Shown here: positions 51,449-64,000 of the stretch, piece after piece
How positions within the stretch are numbered: position 1 is the stretch's first letter
Layout: every line of letters starts with the position of its first letter
Assembly: GCA_964016885.1 (NCBI GenBank)
Contig: OZ024743.1
Location: forward strand, 40,300,001 to 40,364,000
DNA from: Eledone cirrhosa
Lineage: Eukaryota
Length of the DNA stretch: 64,000 bases
Reading direction: 5' to 3'
Program-made: the position numbers and the translations under genes
Notes under the pieces: generated by a model
The model's input: the letters and a program-made list of their open reading frames with translations, nothing else
Database searches by the model: none
What the model was told of the DNA's origin: nothing

Positions 51449-51755
51449 TATAATCAATAAGATTAAGCAAATGTTAAATTTTACAGTAAATATCATAGCC
51501 TGTTTACAAATTATTCCACATGTTATCGACAGTGAAAAATAAATGTTAATGTAACTGTGTTTGTTTGCTACTGCTGCTGTTGTCGAACTGGTGGTTGTTT
51601 TGGTTGCCCTGTCGTAAAACTTTTTGTTTTAGTTATTATTAATAAACTAGTTGATGCTGATTTTTGATAAAGAATATATTTGCACAACACAAATACACAC
51701 ACACACCCATACACACATACACCCACCCATACACACACGCACACAACACACATAA

Positions 51756-51800
<45 letters not shown>

Positions 51801-53385
51801 TATAATTGTGTGTGCGCCTGTGTGTCTGTGTGTCTGTGTGTCTGTGTGTACATAAATATAAGAAATATAAATACCTTGTTGACAGTATCATAGAAGCAAT
51901 AAATATTTACCATCGATTTTTTTCTAATAATAACATGACAAGAAAGAAAACAAGAACTCTGTTGATGGTCTCGCTTTCAATGGAATCTTGCCTGATAATA
52001 CTGAACACACGATATAACAAAATGAATTGTAAACTAGATACAAACTTAAATAACATTATTATTGTTTATATCTGATTGATGATACACAGGATACTATCGA
52101 TGTTTCTGGCTATTCATTTTAATTTAAAGCTAATTGGTTAGCAATACGTGAAACTGTGGAAATGATGCAACATACAATAGATAATCTGATCCATTTGAAG
52201 GTGTCACAGAGGCGCCTTCGTCTTATACCTTGAAATTAGAGCAATTTATACTAGGCAGAACCTATCTATCTTCATGTGTCTACAGAGACGATTAATTCAA
52301 AAGGTGTATCGAGCGATATAGAAGAGAGGGGGAAAGACAATGAAGAGAGTGGATTAGCCTGAGTACTGGTTTTATGCTTTATTTATCAACTACGAAATAA
52401 TGATAGGCAAAGATTTGAGCTCAGATTGCAAGAAGACTACCTCAAAGCATACTATCCGTCGTTCTAACATCTCTAACAATACTCCACCTAGGAGGTTGTA
52501 TAAAATTGATGAATTGTTTAATTAATGCAATACTGTATCTGTGTGTATGGCATTTTATGTCTGTATATTAATGCATCTGTTTTGGAGGTTATTTTTATCT
52601 ATTTATCTGTCTTAATTTGTGGCTATATGCATGTAAGTACCTCTGTATGTGTCAATTTGATTTAAGTCATAGCTATCTGGTTGACAATAGGTAATCGTAA
52701 GATAATGATGCGACATTGAAATATATCTTTTTGTTCAGACTTACTATATGGTTAGCTGTCTGTGATTATATGTTTAAAGTTGCCATCTAGTCTCTAACAG
52801 GGACGTGTTTATTTGATTTAGATTATTGTTATCTGATTACCAATATGCGATGGTAAAGTAAAGATGCTTCGGTTGAAGTGTTACTTTGGAATTATCTATT
52901 CTTAGAAATTTGTTTTAACACTTTCATTACCACGTTTCTACCGAATGAGCTTGCTTATGATATTCAAATCATTTTGGAAATAATCAAGAAATTACTTATT
53001 ATCTTTGTGTTTGGAGCATAAATATCAATATAGATGCTTATATAGATATGTATAGAAATGCTAGAATAAACGCCATAGGGTTGTAGACACACATCCGGTT
53101 TCAAAAAGGTTTTAAGTTACTATCTAATTACCAATAGGTTATACTAGTTTGGAATTATTTTCATTATTATATTTCTAAAGAAATGCAACGTCTATAATTT
53201 TTAAGTCTCTAAATAATAATTTAAATAATCATTATTACGTTGATGGCTGGAGCATAACGCACGATATTTTCTCTTATAAAATTATAAACATGTTAAAATA
53301 AAGTTTTGTACCGTAGAACAGCATATTCAGGTGGTTTGGAATTAAAAAAAGGTTACCTTATTATCTGGTTAGCAATACATAATAA

Positions 53386-53568
53386 CTGTTTCTACTATAG
53401 GCACGAGGCCAGCAATTACCCAGTGCATTACTGCTACTTTATTTTATCGACCCTGTAAAGATGAAAGGCAAAGTCAACCTCGGCGGGATTTGAACTCAGA
53501 TCGTAAAGGGACGTAACAATGCTGGAAAGCATGGCGTCCGACCCTCTACTGACACTGCCAATCCACCG
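53386..53568 (-). mobile_element. Full-length SINE
   Basis: Close match to 29211-29393. More decayed copies lie at ~53650-53760 (+) and ~55310-55608 (-). Confidence 0.8.
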
Positions 53569-54441
53569 ATACATAATAACATCATATCGGTATGTGTCTG
53601 ACTGTGTAGTTATTTACTTTAGTTATTTTTTGGTCTTTCGGTGTGATTTGGCAGATTCTTTAAATGACAGTATTTGTTCCGGCTCTCTATACCCTAAGCT
53701 CAGAACCCACCAATTTCAATTTTGCCTTTCATCCTTTTGGGCTGATAGATTAAGTCCCAGTCAAAGTGTAGTGGATCAGCAAATATTTATAGTGGCGACA
53801 TCTCCTTCATCCTATTCGTTATGAGTTCAATTCTCGCCTCCTATCGCCGGAAACGTAATGAAGCTTGTGTCAGGAGTTCTGTCTCTTATATCGTGTTAGA
53901 AAAGAAAACACCAATGGAAACATAGCTTCCTTGGGGAAGCCGTGAGGTTGATGATATTTTAATAATAAGCAGGATAGCTAGAATAAGGTTTTGTTAGTCT
54001 TAGTAGTAGTATAACCATAGAAAAACACAGTTCTATATCTAGATACAGGCAGAACATATATTGAACATATTAGATTATAACTAAACGTACGCACACTTAT
54101 GGCTGACGTGATAGTTATCATTCTCAAGTGAGTGTATTTGCTTTCTCAATATTAAATAATTAATATTGACATTGTCGTGTCTGGGCGCATAGCTTTATAT
54201 TTGTTATTGCTTTTTTTAGATTGGGGATTCAGAACCTGTTTTATCTTAGCCGGGGAAAAAAAAGAACAGAGACAGTAATTCCGTATTGCAATGTTATGGA
54301 AATCGAGCGATATAATCAACACGCAGATGTTTGGATTGCAAAACATACATAATAACAACAAAACAAATTGAATATAGTTGACAACAAGTCGAATACTCAA
54401 GTGGTGAAAAAATAGCATACACACACATACACACACACACG

Positions 54442-54528
<87 letters not shown>

Positions 54529-54575
54529 GTATATATGTATATATATGTATATATATATATATATATGTAAGTTTA

Positions 54576-54668
<93 letters not shown>

Positions 54669-55719
54669 GGGATAAAACAAATAAAATGAAATAATAGAAC
54701 AGCCGAAAGGAATTTAATGAAGTATAGAGTTATTTAGAGAGCACGCTTTTGTCTCAAAGGACAAAGTGAATAGAAGTTATATATTAGTGGACAAATATAC
54801 AAATGGAAATTACATCGATGCAAAAGGAGAATCACAAAAGAAATGTTGTTACAATGTAGCTTGACGTGAGCTGAGAGGACTGTGACCGCTATATGGCTCA
54901 CTAGTATAGAGTAAGAATCGTTAATTTATTTCGAATACACAGGAGTGTTGAAGCTAAGGACAGAGAAAGTTTGTTTCAAACTATGTAGCACATTATAATA
55001 CAAAATATGTACGTTTTCACAAAAATGCAAATGCTGTTTTTCAAAGTTGGATTAATGTAGTTATATATTCTGATTTCAATGTCAGCTTTTATTACTGGTA
55101 GAGTTTTATTGATCCAAGGATCGATGAAACAAGTTAGTTTGTTAGGCCTGGTGGAATAAATAAGTGCCTTTTTCCACAAGTTCTTATCTTTCCATCATTG
55201 CAATTTTATCTTCCTAGATTTGCTCTATACCAGTATCCTGAGTCCGATTGTTAATATATGTGGCATGACGTCCACAGAATGGGCTTTGTTTTAAGTGAAC
55301 AATTTCTAATGATTTCTAACTCTGGTACAAGACCATGAATTGTAGTAGAAGATGGACGATTATGATGAGAGGCAAAGTTTACATTGGCGGGATTTGAAAT
55401 AAAGAGCCGTAACCAATACCATAGACCATTTGTCAAGGCTTTGACGAATTTGCCAATCAACCATGCTAGAGCATCACTAATAATGATTTTTATATTAGGT
55501 ACACGGCCAGTAAAGAGGGAGAGTGGAAGTACTTACTTGGAGATTTATTTTATCGAGGTCGGGAGGATGACAGGCAAAGATCACTTGGTGGGATTAGAAC
55601 TCAGAATATGAGACATTAGCAAGGATTAACCATGAGCTAAGATTACAACAGTAATTAAGGAGTACAAATCAGTTGATTCAGTCCTTGATGAAAATCAAGA
55701 CTGTACACTAACCAACAGA

Positions 55720-56285
55720 GTTTCTTAATTCTCTTGAGCCACCAGGAACTCCCCCACGGAAATTGTCCTGAATATGAAGACCCAATAATGCTTTTCAGAA
55801 ATTTAGATCGTCCTAAATTATGCAATGGGACAATGTTGACTGTGATGACATTATCACCTAATGTGATTGAAACTACCATCATCACTGGGTGTACCTCTGG
55901 GGAAGATATTTCCATTAGAAGAATTCCTAACAAACCAACCGACATGCCATTTGAAATACAATTCACAGTGCGACTTTGCTTCGCAATGTCTATCAATAAA
56001 GCCAGAGACTTTGAAATCTACAGGCTTGCACTTAAATTAGCCTGTCTTTTCTCATGGTCAACTCTACGTTTGTTTATAAGAATTATTTACCTATGCTCCA
56101 AACCAGAAGACGAAGAATGTTGTTTACCCAGAAGCACTTAGCTATTTTCCTTCAACACATGCGATAGAATTTATCTCCTCTCGCATCAGAGATAAATTTT
56201 GTATTTTCATTTTTTATTAATTTTGTTTACTTCTTCTAATATATATGGTATACTTTCATTCCAGAGCAACGCCGGGTGCGCCTTT
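55720..56285 (+). mobile_element. Helitron 3' fragment (PIF1-like helicase C-terminus plus terminal hairpin)
   Basis: PIMLFRNLDRPKLCNGT, RIP..P..PFE, QFTVRLCFAMSINKA and FSHGQLYV. A GC-rich ccagagcaacgccggg motif follows near 56261. Confidence 0.85.
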
Positions 56286-56576
56286 TTGAGGGCATGCGCT
56301 TGGCCCTTTATCGATTTCTCTGTGTGACTGTCTATCGTACATTGAACAAGAGCTATGTAGTGCTAACCTATCTTGCTAGAAAAGACAGTGAAATAAAACC
56401 ATAGATTTTAGCATGCGTGCGCAGACACATACACACACACATAGATTGAGTTGTATCTATTTATGTACTACTCTTTATGTATCTATGTATTCCTATATAT
56501 CTAGTTATCAGCATTGTGGTAACTGGTTTTGCTAGAAATGGCAGTGAATTAAAACACTAGTTTCTAGAACTCACTC

Positions 56577-56577
56577 A

Positions 56578-56667
<90 letters not shown>
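56577..56667. repeat. (CA)n microsatellite
   Basis: Read directly. Confidence 0.95.
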
Positions 56668-56671
<4 letters not shown>

Positions 56672-58567
56672 TTTGTATCTATCTATGTATTACTATTTTT
56701 GTCTCTATGTATTCATATCTATTTATCACCAACTACAGAAAGCATTCTCCAAAGGAGATGAGCTGGATTTGTCTAGTATTATATAATTAAATGTCGAATC
56801 TCGTGTCAGTCCGTATGTCAGTCTGCTCCTGAGATAAATGAGTTAAAACGAAGGAGGGCGAATGGTGAAAATTCTACGGAGAAAAAGAAAATTTCAACTT
56901 TTGTACAAAGCGCTGTGTGTGGGGGGGACGGGGATAAAAGGAGGAAAAGGGGATGGTGCAAAAACTATGCTCATCATCATCATCACCATCATATTCGTCA
57001 TCACCATCAACATCATCATCTTAATCATCATCATCACCGTCTTAAGATTATGTTAAGGCACAGTGTAAAACTGGGAACATAGGATAGGAAAATATGGCAA
57101 TGGTGAGATAAGTCGGTACAATACAGCACTTCTAAGAAGTAATATCAATATGCACACTACACAGGCTACCAGAAAACCACCCGAATGGTGGTTTTTCTGC
57201 TAGTAAAGTTACAGCTGTTTCTAACTACTATTATACTCGTCCACATTTATGCCTGAGATAAGTGGGAAATCACGAAAGGTGGGGGAAAGATTCATTATGG
57301 CTTTTACACAAGGAAGTTCCGTGTGTCCTTTGCTCTGCGGGGACAGAAAAGCATTACCATTGAATAACTGTAATGAAGCCTCTCAAAATATAAGAAAGTC
57401 TTAGTTCCGTTCTTGGTCGGATTTAAATAGGCTAAACATAAATATTCACTCATTCCAGACATGAGCATTTACGCTTAGCTTAAATGGAAATATAGAACTA
57501 GGATGTTGCAGCATTGTAATGGGGAGATACTGTGGAAGAATACGGCACTTTGGAGCTAGAATGCCTCACTATACATTTTGTACGTTACATTCATGTTCGG
57601 GCCTTCCTTTGCTCGATTATCTGTAGCACTCACCATCGAAATTGACGGAGAACCCCTTCCATTCTATAATTGCCTATTCACAAAGTCACAGAATCACGTT
57701 TGATAGAAATATACTGTAGGCTTGAGAAATAAGAAGCGTAAGAAAAAAGCTTCGAGAGTGGGAGAAATAGTAATAGAAAGGAAAAGTAGGGTTTTTAATG
57801 TTTACAGAAAGGAGGTCAATGATGGATTGAAGTGAAATATCTTACAAGGAATATTGTAAGCTCGTCACAGCCGATGCCACATCGACAATGTATTTCTTGC
57901 AACATCACACTTAACCAGAATAATATTACTATTATCTAAACTATAATAAATGAATGTCTGCGGGACTGCGTACTGTTTATTTCTTTTAATCCAGTTAGTA
58001 AAATAAGTTGGATTACTTTGAATAAATAATGAATGAATATTACATAATTAATATCCTAAATTTCGAAACTAAATTTCGTAAACATAAATAATTTAAAATT
58101 GACTTCTTTTCAAATGTTCATTCATATTTCTACATTTCCGATATATCGTCGGCACCACCACCACTTCAACTATCATATATATAGAAAGAGAGAGTGTGTG
58201 ATGAGAGAGATAGAGAGATTATGATTTGCTACATGCTGACGCGTATGAGTGTGCACATACATACATCTATATGTATGAGTATATATCTATAATCGCGCAA
58301 ACACAAACTTATAAAAATAGACGCTCACGGACATTCACGTAAATACACATACATTCACACATATGTTCACACAAATATACATACATTCACACATATACAT
58401 TTACACAAACACACACATACAGTCATGATAGCGTTCGGTGAAATGGAAATGGGAGGGTAAAACAAGTATAACGTTTTATTTATTTATTAACTCTTATTTA
58501 TTTATTAACTCTTTTTTTTTTAAACTCATTTAATATAATAATTACAGAACGAAAACACTAACAAATA

Positions 58568-58947
58568 TAATTGTTTCTACATTTGGCACAAAGCCAGCAA
58601 TTATCCCAGTGTATTACTGGTACTTTATTTTGTCGACCCCATAAGGATGAAAGGCAACGTTAACGTCGGTGGCATATGAACTCAGGTCGTAAAGGGCCGT
58701 AACTCTATGTTGCAAAGCATGGCATCCGACCGTCTACCGATACTGTCAACCCACCACCCTTTTAATAATTATTTCTACTTTTGGCACAAGGCCAGGAGTT
58801 TTCCCAGTGCATTACTGGTAATTTATTTTATCGAGCCCGTAAGGATGAAAGGCAAAGTTAACCTCGATAGAATTTGAACTCAGACAGTAAAGGGACGTAT
58901 CTATGCTGGAAAGCATGGCGTCCGACCTTCTACAGATACTGCCAATT
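58568..58947 (-). mobile_element. Two SINE copies in head-to-tail tandem
   Basis: Units 58568-58758 and 58766-58947, joined at taataattatt. Confidence 0.8.
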
Positions 58948-59749
58948 CAATATACTATATACAAAGGAAAAGTAAAGGAAAAAAAGAAAGAGAAAAAGTA
59001 CACAAGCACGTAATACACACATCTTAGACCAGATAGAACAAAATGCAGATGAGCCGTTACCAGAGCAAAAGATAACAATATAGCGAGGAGCACTGGGAAA
59101 CATCCCTAATATTTTTTGAGACAGGGCTGCCCGCTCGCAGCGTTACCTGGGGTGATGGCGACGCTGAGGAGCTGGAACAACCAAGTGCCCTCACGAGCAT
59201 CACCAGTTACCTCTGTTTGGCGAGCCGCCAGTGAAGATGAGAATCCCGCTGTCAGTAGCCGAACTCCCCCAAACGTCTCGAATGGATAATGTGATTAACT
59301 GACAGAACACGGTATTTTAGGATTTTGTTCCGTTCAGCTGCGGATGCTGTAGTTCTCGCCCTTACCGCTGCATCCAGAATGTGGCAAGAAGCAAAAGAGT
59401 CACTAACTGTGATGTCCCAGGTAAGGAACCTGCCTCTTAACCAGGAGCACAGATTAAGACCCTCAAGTGTTTTCCCATCAATTCAGGACAAGCCAGATGG
59501 TTCCAAAATTGAGGGGATGTTTGCCCGCGCCAAATCTCTTAAGTGGTAGTAGGACAGTGTGTGTATATGCGCGCGCATGAGTTTGTCGGCGTTCTTAAAT
59601 TAGAGACACGTGTGTGTGTGTCACTGTTTTTAAGTTAGACATATATATGTGTGTATCCCCTTTCGTTCCTTTTACACCCACATACATCACACAATCACAC
59701 ATACACATTGTATGATGGACGGGTGGACAGAAGTCCCTTAAATTTATAT

Positions 59750-60400
59750 ATATGTGAATGGAGTTCCACTGAAGCAGTTACAGAAATTCAAATATCTTGG
59801 AGACGTGTTCATGAGTGATGGAATGCAGGAGGCTGAATTAAGTGAAAGAATTGCAAAAGCTGATGCAGTAATGCGCAACCTCAGCATTCAGCAATCAGAA
59901 GAAGGGGGTGGGTGTAAAAGCGAAACTTGCTATCTTCCTGGTATTCCTGCCAACTCTTACTGAGGATCATGAATCTTGAGTAATGATCAAAAGAATACAA
60001 TTGCAAATAAAAGTTGAAGAATTGGGTTTCCTCCAAAAGGTCTTTGGAGTAACGTTACTCGATAAAGTGCATAGCTCAGAGACAATCGTCACTCCTGGTA
60101 TAGCCGCTACTTCTCTGAATTGAGAGATCACAACACCGATATTATGAGCATGTGGTTAGAATGTCTCAGTAAAGAATCGCGGGACAAATTTTACAGGCAA
60201 AACCAACCGGCAAGAGACCCAGAGGTAGACCCTGCGCAAGATAGTTGGTTAACATCCCTGAGCTTGGCTGGTCACGCTTTGGGATCCAGCTGGATCGGTT
60301 AGAGATGTTTGCTACTGACAGACTCGCTGAAAGGAGTGTTTGAGAAAGACTCTGCCCCCACGACCATCTCAGAAATAAGTGGGTGAAGAAAAAGATATTG
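59750..60400 (+). mobile_element. Decayed RTE-clade LINE 3' fragment
   Basis: NGVPLKQLQKFKYLG..ERIAKA, a decayed LTYGHESWVM-like motif and a RPRGRP-like motif. Confidence 0.7.
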
Positions 60401-60825
60401 TCAATTTACTTTTCAATTTATATATATCTGTATGCATATATATTGGCGTATAATATCAATATGCACACTACAGGGCGCTTTTTCTACTAGTATTTGTAAA
60501 AATATATGAACTAAGATTTTACAAATTTCTATATTATTACTTTATGAGAATCTCGATGTTCCGAGGTTGCACTACCAAATTATGTTCAACGAAAAATAAT
60601 GTAATGAGTGGTATTAGTATGCATACATATGATATATATGTGTACACACATATATATATATATTTTTTTTATTTTATTTTTTTTTTTTCTGTATATGTTG
60701 AGTACATGTTGATTTCAGTTCCTCAGAGAAATAAGAATACAACCAGGAGCTGGACATATCGATGTATTGACGGAGTAAAACACACTTCAACAGCATATGT
60801 ACCTGGCTTTCCCACACCAATTCGA

Positions 60826-60880
60826 ACTGACTGAAGAGGTCACTGCGAATGATGGATGTCACCGAAATATATATAGCAGT
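60826..60880 (+). ncRNA. Hammerhead ribozyme-like motif
   Basis: actga-CTGAAGA-ggt...gtcacc-GAAA-tatata-TA-gcagt. Stem III is palindromic and stem I is actg/cagt. Confidence 0.6.
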
Positions 60881-60931
60881 ATGTCTATAATTTATAATAA
60901 ACGAAGCAAAATTTTACATATTTGACTTAAT

Positions 60932-60973
<42 letters not shown>

Positions 60974-61822
60974 TGTATGCATACGAATACCACACATACA
61001 TAAACACACACATACACACACACATATATATAAATATATATATGTGTGTGTGTGTGTACGTCCGTATTCGGTTGAAGGCTGAGAGAAAGGAGTACTCAAT
61101 ACCAAATTAGAGTTTTGCTATTCATTTTATTTCGGCTGAAGGAGACTTGTTGAATATTGGAGAATCGCCTATTTACCAAAGGGTCATCAGACAAGAACTA
61201 GCGTTTCAATGACAGGCATAGTATGAATAGGGAAAACGTGAAGTGGTGGAGGGGAATTTAATTGAGAAGGTGTAATTAAGATAAGATGGACAGGGTGGTG
61301 ACAGTGGAGAGGGGTAAGGCTGTGTGAGAGAAGAAGGAAATAAAGGGTGTTAGTGCCATAGCTACAGAATGTTAACTGTTCAATGAGTATAGCCATATCA
61401 TTTAACTGTTCGGGTGATAAATGTTAAGGTGGTCGTATAGCGGGTTAGTGAAAAAGTTGGTGGGAATGGCAGGATAAAGTAGAGGATGGAATATACATCT
61501 ATCTATACATATAATATTAAAAACTCTGTGATTGTGTGCTTGTCTTTAATTTGATAAAGCCAAAACGGTGCATGATGGGAAAATACATTAAAAGGAAGTT
61601 GTTCCTGGAATGGGAATACAAAGGGAATAAAACAAGTTTCACGTGAATCAGAGCACGGGTTCACGAGATACGGGAGATAGCTTGTAGCGTACCGCTTCAT
61701 TAAGGGTGCTGGATCTAGAGAGAGTACTACACAGGTAAACAAATGTATCCTCAACTCATTCACAATTACATACACATATGTATGTGTGAGTGTATGTATG
61801 TAAGTATGTTTGTTTATATACA

Positions 61823-61885
<63 letters not shown>

Positions 61886-61962
61886 GTGTATAATGGTAGC
61901 TATGGTGCTTCCATAGGCGGTATGCCAAAATTAGCACTCAATATTCAGAAGAGTAGAGTGTA

Positions 61963-62240
61963 GATAGTATAAAGAAAACGAAAAATCAGTGATGCATCTG
62001 GACTTAATTTATTGCGTGTTACAATTGTTTCGCCGGCAGGTAGCTCGAGACATGGTCCGTGTATGGAGTGATAACATTTTCTCAGAACGAGATACCAGTG
62101 TCTGAAAGAACCTGCAGCCGTAGAATCAGCCAGATCCATACAGGTACCATGTATCGAGCCACCTGCCGGCGAAACAATTATAACACGCAATAAATTAAGT
62201 CCAGATGCATCACTGATTTTTCGTTTTCTTTATACTATAT
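61963..62240. repeat. Inverted-repeat mini-element (~105-bp arms) with an HHR-like motif at 62098-62186
   Basis: atagtataaagaaaacgaaaaatcag...gtatgga mirrors tccatac...tttcgttttctttatactat. Confidence 0.8.
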
Positions 62241-62248
62241 ATATATAT

Positions 62249-62436
62249 ATAGGAAAATGTTCAACCCCGATGGCAGAGTTCAAGCCGTTTCGACTGTTTC
62301 TGGACATAGCCGTCGAAACGGCTTGAGCTCTGCCGTCGGGGTTAAACATTTTCCTATGACCCACTCTACTACCCTAAGTATTGAGTACGCTGGTGCGTTA
62401 TGGTCCATCTGGTTCCTTACCACACTCCCTTCGTTA
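62249..62436 (+). repeat. PLE3-family terminus with a ~45-bp inverted arm
   Basis: ataggaaaatgtt..gccgtttcgac mirrors gtcgaaacggc..aacattttcctat. The segment matches 29700-29750. Confidence 0.75.
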
Positions 62437-62447
62437 CATACATATAT

Positions 62448-62917
62448 ATATTGAATAACCAAGAATCAAATTTATGTATAAAACATTTTATCGCTGACAA
62501 TTGTTTCTTCCAAAGCTAGGCTTGGTGTCTTCGGAGCATTATTAATGTTTGTACACACAATAAACCTCCTATTCGACGAAAGAACCGTACAGATACATGA
62601 CTAACGCATGTACTATCTCTTTAATTTAATTATTAGACTATTCTCTTGTATTATCTGTCGCATGTATTCCACCCTGTGCTTTTAATTTTAAATTTAATTT
62701 TGATTTTAATTTGAATTATTGTACAATTATAGTATAATGTAATACATGTCACGTCTACTCCACACTGTAAACATGAAACTGTTGTCAATATATATGTATA
62801 TGTACGATTCGTTTGTCGAATAGTTTTACTCCGAAGTCACCAAGCCTAGGTTTGGAAGAAACAATTGTCAGCGATTAAATGTTTTATAGCTAACTTTGAT
62901 TCTTGTGTATTCAATAT
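62448..62917. repeat. Inverted-repeat mini-element (~90-bp arms) with an HHR-like motif
   Basis: atattgaata...cttcggag mirrors ctccgaag...tattcaatat. The arms carry GAAA caattg TC. Confidence 0.7.
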
Positions 62918-63052
62918 TACTGCTCTGTAAAACAACTGATGTTCTTACATTGAGCTATTTATCTTACTGGTAATAAGGTAGTAATACATTACTGACCGTC
63001 CCTGTTTATAGTTGTCTATAGTATTGTATATACATAGCTATAAATAGTATCT

Positions 63053-63122
<70 letters not shown>

Positions 63123-64000
63123 TACACAAGCACATATTCTACCTTCTTCTTTCTTACACAGACACACACATTCACAACACGTATAAATGCTCTTACAACA
63201 GTGTAACATACGTTTCTAGTGCCAGATACACAAACCTTTCTATAAAACAAACTTATTTTCATATGAAGTGTGCAATATGTTTTTTCTCATGTGTGTTGGT
63301 GACATTTAGGGCTACGAACACAAGAACGCTGTCGACGTTATCTTATTTCAAAATATTAGATTCTGTTGCATCAATTATTATATATTCTTTCACAAGAGCT
63401 TCTTTCCATTAACTATCAATTTCCTCAAGTAATGTTAACAACGTATTATTCACATTTGCAAAATTAATTGAATATAAAGAAGCCATAGATGAAGCCATAT
63501 CAGGAACATATTTGTGTTATACAGGAAAGACAATATCTATGTAAGCATTTTAATTAACTGGACGTGGGGTCAAAATACATGGAGGGTGTTCGCTATATTT
63601 GGTGGAACGTCTCCTATAATGTATCTCAAAAGACGCATGTTATTATTTAGTACAAGACCAGCAATTTCTGGAATGAGGGATGTTCATGAAATTTGCTTAA
63701 ATATTTCATTGGGATTTGATTTTATCGACATTATTTGGCTTGGTGGTAAATTAGATTTTAGTGGCATAATAATGGTTTCTAACTTAGGCTCCAAAATGTA
63801 AAGCATAACATTTCTACCAAGCCTGGAGGGTCATAAAACTAGTGGTTATCACGGTTTCCTTGGCCTTAAGCGACTGATAGTACTAGATTCCCTCCTGATA
63901 TTACAATCATTGGTGTTAAGTGAGTGAAACTATAAAAATATACCTTTGAATTTACGCCTCAAACAAAGGGTTAACCTGTAACTAGAGGTTAAACCCACTG

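Overview
This is eukaryotic, AT-rich, microsatellite-dense DNA with no host gene that I can support. The (TA)n/(CA)n landscape and the tRNA-SINE family suggest a cephalopod such as Octopus (inference). Nearly all interpretable sequence is transposon-derived. (1) Two related but diverged full-length L1/Tx1-type LINEs lie head-to-tail at ~34.1-46.0 kb. Copy A has intact ORF1 and ORF2; copy B has one frameshift and one premature stop. Both sit in (TTA)n tracts. (2) There are five Penelope-like element (PLE) remnants, three of them with long inverted terminal arms. (3) Decayed R4/Dong-like LINEs, an RTE fragment, a mariner fragment, a Helitron helicase fragment and more than ten SINE copies are also present. 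The most striking unannotated signal is RNA-level. Minimal type I hammerhead ribozyme (HHR) motifs with palindromic stem III occur at the ends of several elements. A non-coding 468-bp unit at 24.65-25.85 kb carries a perfect HHR and is arranged as circularly permuted tandem plus inverted copies, making it a candidate PLE-mobilised retrozyme with a circular RNA. Coordinates were read by eye and may be off by a few bases, more so for decayed elements. Most short ORFs in the track are microsatellite artefacts.
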